From Candidatus Amesbacteria bacterium (lineage in GTDB: Bacteria; Patescibacteriota; Microgenomatia; CAZETR01; Amesbacteraceae), in contig CAVTQH010000002.1 in assembly GCA_963736875.1 (NCBI GenBank), forward strand, positions 69,294 to 133,293: 64,000 bases of DNA, written 5' to 3'. The position numbers and the translations under genes are program-made. How positions within the stretch are numbered: the first letter of the stretch is position 1; each line of letters begins with the position of its first letter. Below are positions 10,462 to 20,953 of this stretch, piece after piece. The notes beneath the pieces are model-generated. The model was not told the DNA's origin, ran no database searches, and worked only from the letters and a program-made list of their open reading frames with translations.

Positions 10462-11474
10462 ACCACCTCGGCTTCCGATCCACTTGTTCCGGATGATAAG
10501 TGTTTAATGGGTCGTGATTAATCAGCCTTAACCCGGCCGCGACCCCGATCATGGCAGCGTTGTCTCCCACAAGTTTGGCAGAGTAGGGGAATCTGACTTT
10601 CAAATCCAATTCCTTCCCCATTTTTCTCAATCTCTTACGCAGCTTCAATATTTGCAGCTACTCCGCCTCCCACCAACATTTCTTTAGCCGGATATTTTTT
10701 ACTAATTTCTATTACCACTCTTATCAAATGCTGGAAAGCTCTGTCCTGAAAACTTGCTGCCAAATCATAGATTTGCCCAGCAGTAAGTCGGGAGTTGGAA
10801 CCGGAAACCAACCGGAAAAACGCGGTTTTCAGACCCGAATAACTGAACGATTCTTTATCACTGCTTCGTGCCATCGGCAGGGGCAGGGAATAAGATTTAG
10901 GCTTACCGAGTCTGGCCATTTTTTCTAAAATTGCCCCGCCCGGGTATCCCAGTCCCAGCATCCGGGCGGCTTTGTCCAGGGCTTCCCCCAGGGCATCATC
11001 CGAAGTCTTGGCCAGTATTTTATACTCTCCGATCTTACTGATTAAAACCAATTCAGTGTGTCCTCCGGATACCACCAGCCCCAAGGCGGGGAAAACCACC
11101 TTTTCATTATGGTTGGCCAGCGGGCTGAGTAAATGTCCTTCAATATGGTTAACCGGTATCAATGGCAGTTTATATTTAGCAGCAATTTCTTTTGCTTTGG
11201 CAACTCCTACCTCCAAAGCTATTGCCAACCCCGGACCTGCCGTAACTGCAACCGCCTGGATATTATTCAAAGTGCAATGTGCGGTAAGTAATGCCTTGCG
11301 TACCGCGAAATCTATTCTCTCCTTATGCATTCTCTGCGCCAGTGACGGCATTACCCCGCCGAATTTCGCGTGTAAGCTGGCTTGCGACCAAATCACATTC
11401 GATAACACAGCTGTTCCCTCAGTTACCGCAGCCGCAGTTTCATCACATGAGGTGTCAATAGCGAGAATCTTCAT
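10433..11474 (-). CDS. tsaD: tRNA N6-adenosine threonylcarbamoyltransferase TsaD (one frameshift near 10650)
   Basis: ILAIDTSCDET, HIEGH, SGGHT, GYPGG, FSYSGLKT, GGVAAN in ORF 10635-11474; DNAAMIG in ORF 10433-10648. Confidence 0.95.
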
Positions 11475-12514
11475 ACTACCATCCAGGAAATTAATCTCTC
11501 ATTTTCTGCTTTTGTATAAGCAATTTTTACCCACACTACCACCGCCTCTTCGTTATATTTCCTGATGGTATCCGCTACCCGGTCCGCCCACTCCACAGCC
11601 AAAACACTTTTATCACTTATTTTCTTTTTTAAACCCAGGTTCTCCAATTCCTCCCCGTTTTGAATTCGCCAGGCATCCATATGCACCAATCTCCCGTAAT
11701 CCAGCTCCAGGTTAAAAGTTGGGGAAACCACTTCTTCTTTTATTCCCATTGCCCGGGCAAGTCCCTTGGTAAATTGGGTTTTTCCCGCACCCATCAATCC
11801 CTCCAGGGCAAAGATGATTGCTCTTTGGCCGGCATAAACTTCGTATTTTTGCCACAATTCCTTGCCGATATTTTGTGTGTTTTCTTCACTTCTGCTGACA
11901 ACTGATGACTGTTGACCAAAGACCACTTTCCCCTGCCTTAAAACCACCGTATCATCCAAAGTGGTGTCAATCACAGTCGACGGTTCATTGCGCGGCAATT
12001 CTCCGGCATCAATAACAAGATCAATCAGACGTTCTTGTTTTTGTGAAATATTATTCAGAATATCATCAATTTTATATGGTCTTTTTTTATAACCGGCATT
12101 TGCGGAAGTCGCAACTATTGGCCTGCCGAAGGCATTAATTAACTTAAGCATGAATGAATAATCAGGAATTCTTACCCCCAGGGTTCCGCTTTCGGATTCC
12201 ACTCCGGCAGCCACTTTATGTTTACCTTTGGAAACAATAGTCAAAGGCCCCGGTAAAAAATTGCGGTATAGTTTTTTTGCTGTTTTATTCAGTTCTGTAT
12301 ATTCTTCAGCCATTTTTTGATCGGAAGCCATGATGGCATACGGTTTCCCCAAAGGCCGCTGTTTATAATTACTTAATTTTTTGATCGCCTCAGGATTTGT
12401 TGCATCTACAGCCGCTCCGTATACCGTTTCGCAGGGAAATATTATCAAACCCCCATGTTTTAACACATTGCATACATTTCGGACATTGGCCCCGAACTCT
12501 TTTATTATCAGCAC
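11471..12514 (-). CDS. tsaC-tsaE: TsaC (YrdC/Sua5) - TsaE fusion protein
   Basis: N-domain PCETVYG, KQRP, PGPLT, VRIP, TSAN, STVID; C-domain LEGLMGAGKTQFTKG, VSPTF, HMDAWRI, VEWAD in one 347-aa ORF. Confidence 0.9.
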   Translation of the reverse strand: MLIIKEFGANVRNVCNVLKHGGLIIFPCETVYGAAVDATNPEAIKKLSNYKQRPLGKPYAIMASDQKMAEEYTELNKTAKKLYRNFLPGPLTIVSKGKHKVAAGVESESGTLGVRIPDYSFMLKLINAFGRPIVATSANAGYKKRPYKIDDILNNISQKQERLIDLVIDAGELPRNEPSTVIDTTLDDTVVLRQGKVVFGQQSSVVSRSEENTQNIGKELWQKYEVYAGQRAIIFALEGLMGAGKTQFTKGLARAMGIKEEVVSPTFNLELDYGRLVHMDAWRIQNGEELENLGLKKKISDKSVLAVEWADRVADTIRKYNEEAVVVWVKIAYTKAENERLISWMVV

Positions 12515-12536
12515 GGGTTGATTATACTAAAGCAGG

Positions 12537-12920
12537 ATGGAATCAAAGCTGTTTTTATTGGTTGGTGTATTCGCTTTTCTGGCAATTTTAGGAGCAGTTT
12601 CGTGGACAGCCCTTGGTAAATCCCAATCCGGGCAATTTTGCGGTGGTATTGCCGGTAACACTTGCCCGGCTGGGTACACCTGTAAACATGACGGTAAATA
12701 TCCGGATGCAGGCGGAATATGTGTTAATGCCCTGGATCCGTTAATGCAAAAAATATATTCGATATTTCCGCAATTACAACCCAAAAATAACTACACTTGT
12801 CCGGCAGGGGAGTGGGTCGACTGCATGCCCGGACCGGGTCCGGTTAAATCTCAGTGCCGGAAAGATTATCTGGATTGGGCTGTCAAAAATTGCCCCGGTT
12901 TCCGCGGAGCAGCCCTGTAA
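12537..12920 (+). CDS. Small membrane-anchored/secreted cysteine-rich protein
   Basis: N-terminal hydrophobic helix, then CGGIAGNTCPAGYTC...GGIC and CPAGEWVDCMP...C...WAVKNCP modules. Confidence 0.8.
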   Translation: MESKLFLLVGVFAFLAILGAVSWTALGKSQSGQFCGGIAGNTCPAGYTCKHDGKYPDAGGICVNALDPLMQKIYSIFPQLQPKNNYTCPAGEWVDCMPGPGPVKSQCRKDYLDWAVKNCPGFRGAAL

Positions 12921-12922
12921 AC

Positions 12923-14669
12923 CTAGTTTGTTTTTGTTCCTCTCAGATAAACCGCCTGCCAGGGACGGTAGCTGGAATAAAAAGTCCGCTGTTGTAATAT
13001 TTCTTCACCACGGGTGACTGTCCAGTCAAACGCCACTTTTGCCCCCCAGGCCGAGTGTTCGGTTTGTACCACTTTTCCAACGGGTAGAGTGGGATCATCC
13101 TGGTAAAGATCCGGAGGAGGGGAGATCACTTCCCAGATTCTGGCCTTGGATATCTCAACTTTTCTGCCGTCGCCTGTTCCGTACAATTCAAATGCCAGAT
13201 ACTTTGTTTTTTCATCATATACCGCCTGAATCAAAATGTAGTTTCCCGTGTCATTTCTGAATTTAAAATCCGGTGCCGGTTGAAAGACTGTGGCATCAAA
13301 TCCGGGCTGATACTTTACTTCATAGTAACTTACTCTGTAAGCATGGGCGGTCCGTTCTTCTATAGGTAAACCCGTGGCCAGTATTGCCCGAAATAGCGTC
13401 GAAGATACCTGGCATACTCCGCCGCCGTCGCCGAGTATGGTTTTTCCTTCCTTTATTATATACGCCTGTTTATAGCCCGTATTTGCTGACACTTCACCCA
13501 CAGCCTGATTGAAAGAAAATACCTGATCAGGGGCTACCAGTACCCCGTTTAAAGTATCAGCCGATCTCTTGAGATTGTATATTCTGTTGGTAATCGAACC
13601 GGTAAACCAGGATTCACCTTTCCCGATAAGCTCCTTTATTCCCAGGCTGTTGGCGTCACCCGTAGCAATTTCCGGTTCTGTGGTTCTGGTTTCCAAATCC
13701 GCTATTAAATTCCCGCTGCTTTCCGTAATTTTATCCAATACAGCCATCATTATTTCAGTTGTGTTTTCTTCCAGAACTGTTACCCCCTCTCTCGCCGGTT
13801 CAAATTCTTCTACTTTACCCTCCCCCAAAAATCTGAAGGTGGAATTTTGGGGGAGCCTGTTTACTGTTTGGGCCAATTCTTTTATCCATTCTTTAACTTT
13901 ACCCCTGTTCCATACCCCGGTTTGCAGATCAAGCCAGGTCAGCATCTGCTCATCATCCACTTCCCAATTTTGCATCCCGTCTGCATAATCAACCATAATT
14001 TTTTTCCCCAAGATTGCCTGGGCTTTGGCTTTCACCGCTTCTATCTGCTCATCGGTCAATTTCGGCTTGATTTCCGTTACCGGAATTTCAATCTCATTTT
14101 CTCCCCAGTTTCTGACAGCCAGCCTGATCTTACTTTTTAGTAACTCCGTGTTTATTTGATAACCGTTTTCTCCGGAAGTGACATTTATCTCGGATTTGTT
14201 CACCCCCCTGATTATTTCCGGCTCCATTGGGGGAACATCTATTTGGGCTGCCATGGAAGCGATCATCTGGTCCAGTCCGATATTATCCCAGCTCCAGATG
14301 GGGTCCACGCCCATACCCCTATTCATGGCCCTCAGTTTTAAACCTAAATCACCCCCGATGTTTCCCGACCTTCCGGAAAGAATTGCTTCCAAAGCGCTGG
14401 TTGTCGGTTCGTATACCAGTCCGATATCGGTAATCGGTATGACCCACTTGTTTACCCCCCTTTTAAAGGTTAACTCTTTTACATTTTCCGCCCTGACGGA
14501 AATCTTTTGAGCCGCTTCTTCAAGACTCATTCCTCCCAGGTCCACCCCCCCGACTTGTATGCCGGGATAAACCCGGTTCCAGTACCGGATTTCAAAACCC
14601 GTTCCGATGACGGATAATAGCAATATTGCCTCCCACTCCCAGACTTAATCCCGGATTAACTGTTTTCAT
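12923..14669 (-). CDS. VanW/YoaR-like protein with peptidoglycan-binding repeat and G5-like C-terminus
   Basis: IYNL...LNG...FSFN, GGGVCQVSSTLFRA, ERTAH, GFDATV, DFKFRNDT. Probable true ATG at 14669 is out of frame with ORF 12923-14623 (5' indel). Confidence 0.88.
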
Positions 14670-14722
14670 AAGTGTTATATTACTTATTGTATACTTTAAC
14701 TTGTTTCTAATTAAATTTTTAT

Positions 14723-16333
14723 ATGGCAACCCTTGACCCGAAAGCCGGTGAAGACTTAACCCAGAAAATTGACCAGGTGGAACAGTCCATCGCTTCGGAT
14801 TTGCAGCGTGGCAACTCTCCCGACCCTTCTACCCAGGCAGCTATGGAAGATGCGACACTTCTGAAATCTCAATTTCCCGGGATACCCGTATCTCCTCCGC
14901 CGGCATCTCCGCCACCTGTAATTCCCCCTCCGCCTCCTCCTGTTTCTTCATCACCACTCCCGCCTGTCGGAAGTGTTACACCCCGCAAACCCAGGTCTAA
15001 ATTAACAGGGTTTCTCTTCCTTTTTTTCGGTCTGGCTGTCCTTATTGGTTTAGCCATTGCCACCGGACTTTTTTCCCAGATTGCACCCAAACTGGGATTG
15101 GGTTCGACCACTATCACTTACTGGGGGCTTTGGGAGCCGGAATCCGTTATGCGGCCGGTTTTGGATGAATTCGAAAAGGCCCATTCCGGAGTAAAAGTTG
15201 AATATAAAATGGAGTCTCCCCAGGAATACCGGGAACGTTTACAATCAGCTATTAATTCAGGGTAATGGTCCGGACATATTTCGTATTCACAACACCTGGG
15301 TACCCATGTTCCGGTCGGATTTAGCCCCGGTTCCTTCCGGAATCTATTCCGCCTCCGATTATGAAAAAACCTTTTACCCTGCAGCCGTTTCCGATTTCAG
15401 ATCCGGAGGCGGTTTTCGTGGCCATCCCCCTGGAATACGACGGGATAGCCATGTTTATTAACGACGACCTTTTATCCAAAAGCGGTCAAAGCCCCCCCCA
15501 GGACTGGGATCAGTTACGTGACGTGGCTCTGGCCATGTCTGAATGTGCTTCCCAAACAGGCGCCTGTACTCTGGGATCCAAAATTCTGGTTTCGGGTGTG
15601 GCTTTGGGTTCCACCCAAAACGTTGATCATTGGGAGGATGTGGTTGCCGTTCTGATGCTGCAAAACAATGTCAATTTAGCAAACCCTGCCTCTCCTGTTG
15701 CCAAACCGGCGGAAGACGTACTGGAGTACTTTAATAGTTTTGTTAAAACGTATCACCTTTGGGATCCGAATCTCCCTTCCTCCACCTCCAGTTTTGCCGG
15801 CGGTCGGGTAGGTATTTACTTTGGGCCTTCCTGGCGGGTATTTGATATCCAGGCCATGAATCCGAATTTAAGGTTTTCGGTATATCCCATACCCCAACTG
15901 CCTGTCGATCCGGTCCGGGGTGAAACCCCGATCACCTACGCCAGCTACTGGGCTGAAGCGGTTAACAAAAAAAGTCCCCGGGCTGGTCAGGCCTGGGAAT
16001 TGTTAAAATTTCTTAAGTTCTCAGGATATCCTCCAGAAACTTCATCAGCAGGCAGTTTCATCGGCCCGGATTTTTGGTGAGCCCTACAGCCGTAAAGATC
16101 TCGCCGACTCTCTGAAAAACTCCAAATACGCCGGGGTGTTTGCCGGGCAGGCAACCTTGGCCAAATCCTGGTATCTTGCTTCATATACCCACGACGGCAA
16201 CAGCGGGCTCAACTCCCGCCTTTCCGCTCTCTTTGCCGAGGCTTTAGCCAGAACCAGACCTATTACCACTATAGCCGCAGACATAAATAAAGTATTATCC
16301 GAATATGGTCTGGCCTCGCCGTCCGCCCCGTAA
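14723..16333 (+). CDS. Extracellular (sugar-type) solute-binding protein with Pro-rich N-terminus, split by about 3 frameshifts
   Basis: Pieces ITYWGLWE (14723-15265), GPDIFRIHNTWVP (15198-15461), IPLEYDGIAMFIN...YFGPSWR...SYWAEAV...AWELLKFL (15361-16080) and C-terminus (16136-16333) join into one SBP. Confidence 0.82.
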
Positions 16334-17147
16334 TCCGGGAAAAAGTGTTCTCGATACTCTTAGTTATTCTGATCAGTTTGATTACCCCCTGACTCTTTCT
16401 GAAATTTGGTTTTGGCAGATCTCTTCAGCCTTTCCGTTGAATAAATTATCCTCCTGGCCCTTTGTTACCGCCGGTTTATATCATCTCAACGAGCGGTCCC
16501 ATTTAATCTCCATACGTAAAAAAAGAGCCTTATATAGCCAAAAGAAGTGGCAAATTGCCGGAACTATAGCCAGCCTGTTAAAAAAAATTCCCGCCATTCA
16601 GGCAGTTTTTGTTACCGGCGGTTTATCCATGAATAATTGCCCTGAATTTGATGATATCGACATTATGCTGGTCACCTCGCCTCACACTCTCTGGTTTACC
16701 CGGCCGGTGGTAGTCATGCTTCTCAGGCTTTTAAAGCTGCGCCGGGATCCCTACCTGCCGGAACATTCTTCACCCCGGGTAAGTGATAAAATTTGCGACA
16801 ATCTTTGGCTCGACCAAAATCATCTATCCGTATCTGTTCGAAATTTGTATACCGCCCACGAAGTACTCCAGGCCAAATGCCTTTTTGACAGGGGAGATAT
16901 CCACCGCCAATTTCTGGTCCAAAACTCCTGGACCGAAAAATATCTCCCGGTAGCATACAGCCAAACCCTGAGACAATGTGACGAGCCGGCTGTTTCCGAC
17001 CGCCGGTCAGTGGTATTGAATGTTTTTCTATTTACTATTAACTATTTTCTGTTTACTGTTCAGTATTTACACATGCGGCCCCGTCTGACTCATGAAAAAG
17101 TTGGTCTGGGTTATGCTTTTTTTCACCCGGATTCACCTCCTGTATAA
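16305..17147 (+). CDS. Hypothetical protein with nucleotidyltransferase-like motif
   Basis: TLSYSDQFDYPLT N-terminus; VTGGLSMNN...DDIDIMLV (G-x-D-x-D, Pol beta-like); NLYTAHEV. Confidence 0.7.
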   Translation: MVWPRRPPRNPGKSVLDTLSYSDQFDYPLTLSEIWFWQISSAFPLNKLSSWPFVTAGLYHLNERSHLISIRKKRALYSQKKWQIAGTIASLLKKIPAIQAVFVTGGLSMNNCPEFDDIDIMLVTSPHTLWFTRPVVVMLLRLLKLRRDPYLPEHSSPRVSDKICDNLWLDQNHLSVSVRNLYTAHEVLQAKCLFDRGDIHRQFLVQNSWTEKYLPVAYSQTLRQCDEPAVSDRRSVVLNVFLFTINYFLFTVQYLHMRPRLTHEKVGLGYAFFHPDSPPV

Positions 17148-17156
17148 TAGTTACTC

Positions 17157-18177
17157 ATGTCCAAAAAATCCAAAGCCGCCTTTATCACCGGCATCACCGG
17201 TCAGGACGGATCCTATTTGGCTGAATTCCTGCTGGAAAAAAACTACGAGGTATACGGTCTTCTGCGTAGAAACAGTAATCCCAGCTACGGGAACGTTTCT
17301 CATCTTCGCCACGAAATCAAATTTGTTTTGGGTGATCTGGCGGATCCGGCATGCATCAGTATGTATCTGGCCAAGATTCAACCGTCGGAAATTTATAATC
17401 TCGGTTCCCAATCCCATGTCCATGAATCCTGGCTTCAGCCTCTGGCCACGGCGGATCAAACTGGACTGGGGGCTTTAAGAATTTATGAAGCTGTCAGAAA
17501 TGTGGTTCCCAAAGCCCGTGTTTACCAGGCAAGCACCAGTGAGTTGTTCGGGGCGACAACCGTCTCTCCCCAAAATGAAAATACTCCCGTTTGTCCGGCC
17601 AATCCCTATGCTTCAGCCAAAGCTCTGGCCCATTTTGATGCCCAAATCTATCGCCGGTCTTTCAATCTTTTTATATCAACCGGTATTGCCTTTAATCACG
17701 AAAGCCCCAGGAGGAGTCCTGATTTTGTCACCCGCAAGATTAGCCTGGCCGTTGCTGCTATCAAACTTGGTCTTAAAGGGCAGCGGATTCCTTTAGGTCA
17801 GGGTAACCGTCCGGTGGTCTCCGATAAAGGTAAGCTTGGAGCTGGGCAATCTGGACGCCCAAAGGGACTGGGGGTTTGCCGGAGATTTTGTGCAGGCTAT
17901 GTGGATGATCCTGCAGCACGACCGTCCTGATGATTTTGTCATAGCCACAGGGCAAATCCACTCGGTTGCCGAACTTTGCGAAGCTTCTTTCTCCCAGGCA
18001 GGTTTAAACTGGAAAGATTATGTAGTGGTCAACCCTGAATTTGTCCGTCCTACCGAAACCGGACCATTGGTAGGGGATTACTCCAAAATCAGAAAAACCC
18101 TGGGCTGGAAACCCAAAACCACTTTTAAACAGCTGGTGGAAATGATGGTCACGGCCGATATCTCCCGCCTTAGCTAA
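17157..18177 (+). CDS. gmd: GDP-mannose 4,6-dehydratase (one frameshift near 17835)
   Basis: ITGITGQDGSYLAE, QSHV, YQASTSELFG, PYASAK, FNHESPRR; LGNLDAQRDWG continues in ORF 17836-18177. Confidence 0.95.
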
Positions 18178-18226
18178 CCTTCCTCTTTCATCCAGTTAAA
18201 AATCAGGTGTGAGTTATATCCCTGTT

Positions 18227-19305
18227 ATGGCCGATACTCCTGAAACACTCTCTGACGTAGATATAATCGCTGCCGCCTACTCACGCTGGACCAGTCGTGC
18301 TTCTACGGAGAAATTGATTCGATCACTAAGACTATTCAGGACCATCTTCCTCAAAAGACAAAATTACCCAATCCGGATCAACATTTAGATCTTCAGTCTC
18401 TCGTTATTCCTCGCGCACTGGCTCTTTTGGATAAGCCTCTTCCTAAAAACCCCACTCAGGTTAGACGCGAAAATCGTAAAAACATTCGTCGTCGAACTAC
18501 TGAAGGTACAGAACAAGTATCCGAACAGTCGGGTATTTTAAAACTCGGCACTTCTGCACATAAAATAATTGAGACGATTTACCAAAATCCCAGCAAAGCT
18601 CCGGTCGAGACTCTGGGTTATTCATTAAGCTTAATTCCCGGAACCGACAGTCATCAGGTATCCGGGGTCGAATTTTCCAAGTACTCACCCCGATATAAAC
18701 AACCGGACTTTTTCGTTTCGAAAGAAATTGACCACGAACCTTCGCCTATACTTTTATTCTCCGCACATCCTACCGATTCTCCGGACCAGGAAGATATTGT
18801 CACCTGGACCAGGAAAAAATTCCGATCCGGTCTCTCTGATCTAAACTCGGTTTTTCGGCAAACTGCCTTCGACTCCGTAAACAAGGGAGCTAGCTCTTCA
18901 GGATCAGAAAACAAACCGGATGCTGACCCGAATTACGGAAAATTTCATCACTTTAGTGGGGCCGGATTCATGGGCTCACATGGGTCTTCTGTCAAAAAGG
19001 CAATACGATAAAGTCTCACTCGTGCACGATTCGTTTTTCCTCTGCTTAATCTCTTCACTCCGGTTGTTGTGCCCGACGGAGCCGGTTGATCCGAACAGTG
19101 CTATTTTCTGAAATTCCGGTAGGAAATTGTGCAATTACCAATGGCCGCTCTCTTACTTTACGGGGTGGAATAGTTGATCTTCTCTCCATTAACCTGGAGT
19201 CCGACATGCAAAACCACCCCATATTTACCCATTTCACCTCCGGCCAAATTATTGACTCTGTTGCTACCCGGTTCGGGCCCCAATTTTAAAAATATGATAA
19301 TTGAT
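18227..19305 (+). pseudogene. N-terminal part of a frameshifted PD-(D/E)XK (RecB/Cas4-like) nuclease-containing gene
   Basis: Stitched frames from ATG 18227: LKLGTSAHKIIETIY (about 18547), LFSEIPVG (about 19107), LRGGIVDLL (about 19164), F-KNMIID (about 19297); the reading breaks where xK is expected. Confidence 0.55.
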
Positions 19306-19925
19306 GGATTGGATGTGCATCACCGGCGGCAACACCCCTCTTAGGTAGCAAAAAGTTACCGCTGAAGGTAAGGGAAATGGGGTATTATGTCCTTTATCCC
19401 ACCACACCATAAGTTTTCCCAGCCGGTGACGAAATTGATCAACATCCCAGGAAAACGGCTTTTTAATTTTTCGTTCCCCGGAAATATATCTTGGCCTGAA
19501 AGGTACTTTTATTTCCAACACCCCCCAGGATTGCTTATTCTCTAAATAATCCAGTAAATCCATCTCTTCCCCGGGATACTTAGTCGGCACTAATATTCCG
19601 TCAAACTGTCCGGCGATAATTCCGCCAAACTTGTATTCTACATTGGGTATAAGTTTTCCCGGCAGAAACAAGGCTGAATTATCGGATTTCCCCCTTGGTT
19701 GAAAAGTTGGCGTCACGGTTTCTCTTGCCAAAACCAGAGCCGTATTTACAAGATATTCAGTTTTACTGTTAATCACGTCATAATTTGAAGCTGCCCGTTC
19801 AAACGAGGCAACTAACTCAGTCTGCCGGCTTGACCCCCTTAGTAATACCTGGCGTCTTGACCCGAATCTTTTGATCAAGTCTTTCAGGAAAGCTCCGGCA
19901 AAGCCGCCAGCGTGTTTAGGCTGCA
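19264..19925 (-). CDS. PD-(D/E)XK nuclease-domain coding fragment on the opposite strand
   Basis: In ORF 19264-20076: NVEYKFGGIIAGQFDGIL...WGVLEIK...DVDQF...VTFCYLRG. The ORF's first ~50 codons are merely antisense to the plus-strand zinc finger, so no native start is visible. Confidence 0.6.
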
Positions 19926-20345
19926 CCAGCTCTCTGATACTCTCAAGCTCGGCCGTGAAGGCGATGTTCTTTGTCCTCTCCCGTTCCACCCTCCGCCCAG
20001 AAAGAATACTCCGTCGGCTCACTTTTATCCCCAAAAAAAAGAGGCCAACTACATTCACTGCTTCCGCTGTAATCACAATATTTCCATTCCTGGTAAAACC
20101 TCATTCTTAGGTGAGGTCAGAATTCATCTGCCCCCTCCCGAGAATATCGCTGATTTTAAGAACATTCCTCCCACCCGTCGTCTGGTTTCAGAAACAGTCA
20201 TGGAGTTGTCAGAAGTCTTTCTCGCTCACTCTCCTGTTGCCCAGGATTATTAACGTCGGCGGGGATTTGATTGTCAAACCTCCAAGATAGTCATCATCCT
20301 GGAAATTATTGATTTCCTGGTTGAATTAGTAGATGACCAGATTTA
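19912..20345 (+). pseudogene. CHC2 zinc-finger (DnaG-type) fragment
   Basis: VLCPLPFH...NTPSAHFY...IHCFRC, then AQDY/RRGF resembling primase 'YL..RG'. Confidence 0.7.
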
Positions 20346-20539
20346 CCACAAATCCGGAACCGATTCCTCTGCGATTTCCAACATTTCAGCCGTATTCAAG
20401 GTTTTGTTATCTTGTTTTAACATCCCTTTTAATAAGTTCATATGCGTTTTTTATCTCCTGCTTTGATTCCGGTTCAATTTTCAAATCCCCGACCAGATTT
20501 TTAATACTTTATCCTCACATAATTTCCCCAATTCCCCGG

Positions 20540-20953
20540 CAAAATTGGTTTCTTCCATTTCCTGCCGGCCTCTGCCTGGAAAGGATTCGGGAAATGGTTT
20601 TTACCATCAGGGTTGAGCCCGGCCAGAAAGTGTCGATCGGACTCTTGCTATGGGCGGCATAATCCCGCATTCTAGTTCCGTTTCTTAAGTTCTTGGGAGT
20701 CAGACGGGTTATTCTTGGCACTGATTTTGACGATCCCGGTCAGGAAGCCTCGAATAAAATAACCAAATTACTATCCAGGTCCGGGTTTACCTGTTCAACC
20801 ATAAATCATATTTTGCAATCAATTATTCCCAATCTTACCGAAATCACCGGTAACCCTCCCGATAAAATCAAAGATATCAATGAGCTACTTACACAAGGTT
20901 TCCCTCTTGACAGAAAAACGGTCACTTATTTGGTATACATACTGGCAGTCTGA
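20540..20953 (+). pseudogene. Toprim (primase-like) domain fragment
   Basis: SSISCRPL, TLAMGG, LKFLGVRRVILGTDFDDPGQEA (DxD motif), KIKDINELL. Catalytic EG..D motif not recognisable; several frame breaks. Confidence 0.7.

Noticed and set aside
12923-14669. Vancomycin resistance locus
   Set aside because: VanW-like domains are widespread; no vanA/B/H/X/R/S genes are present.
19290-19960. Shufflon/invertase-type invertible segment
   Set aside because: No inverted repeats found at the junctions, no recombinase in the window, and flipping the segment does not restore the interrupted IIDxK motif.
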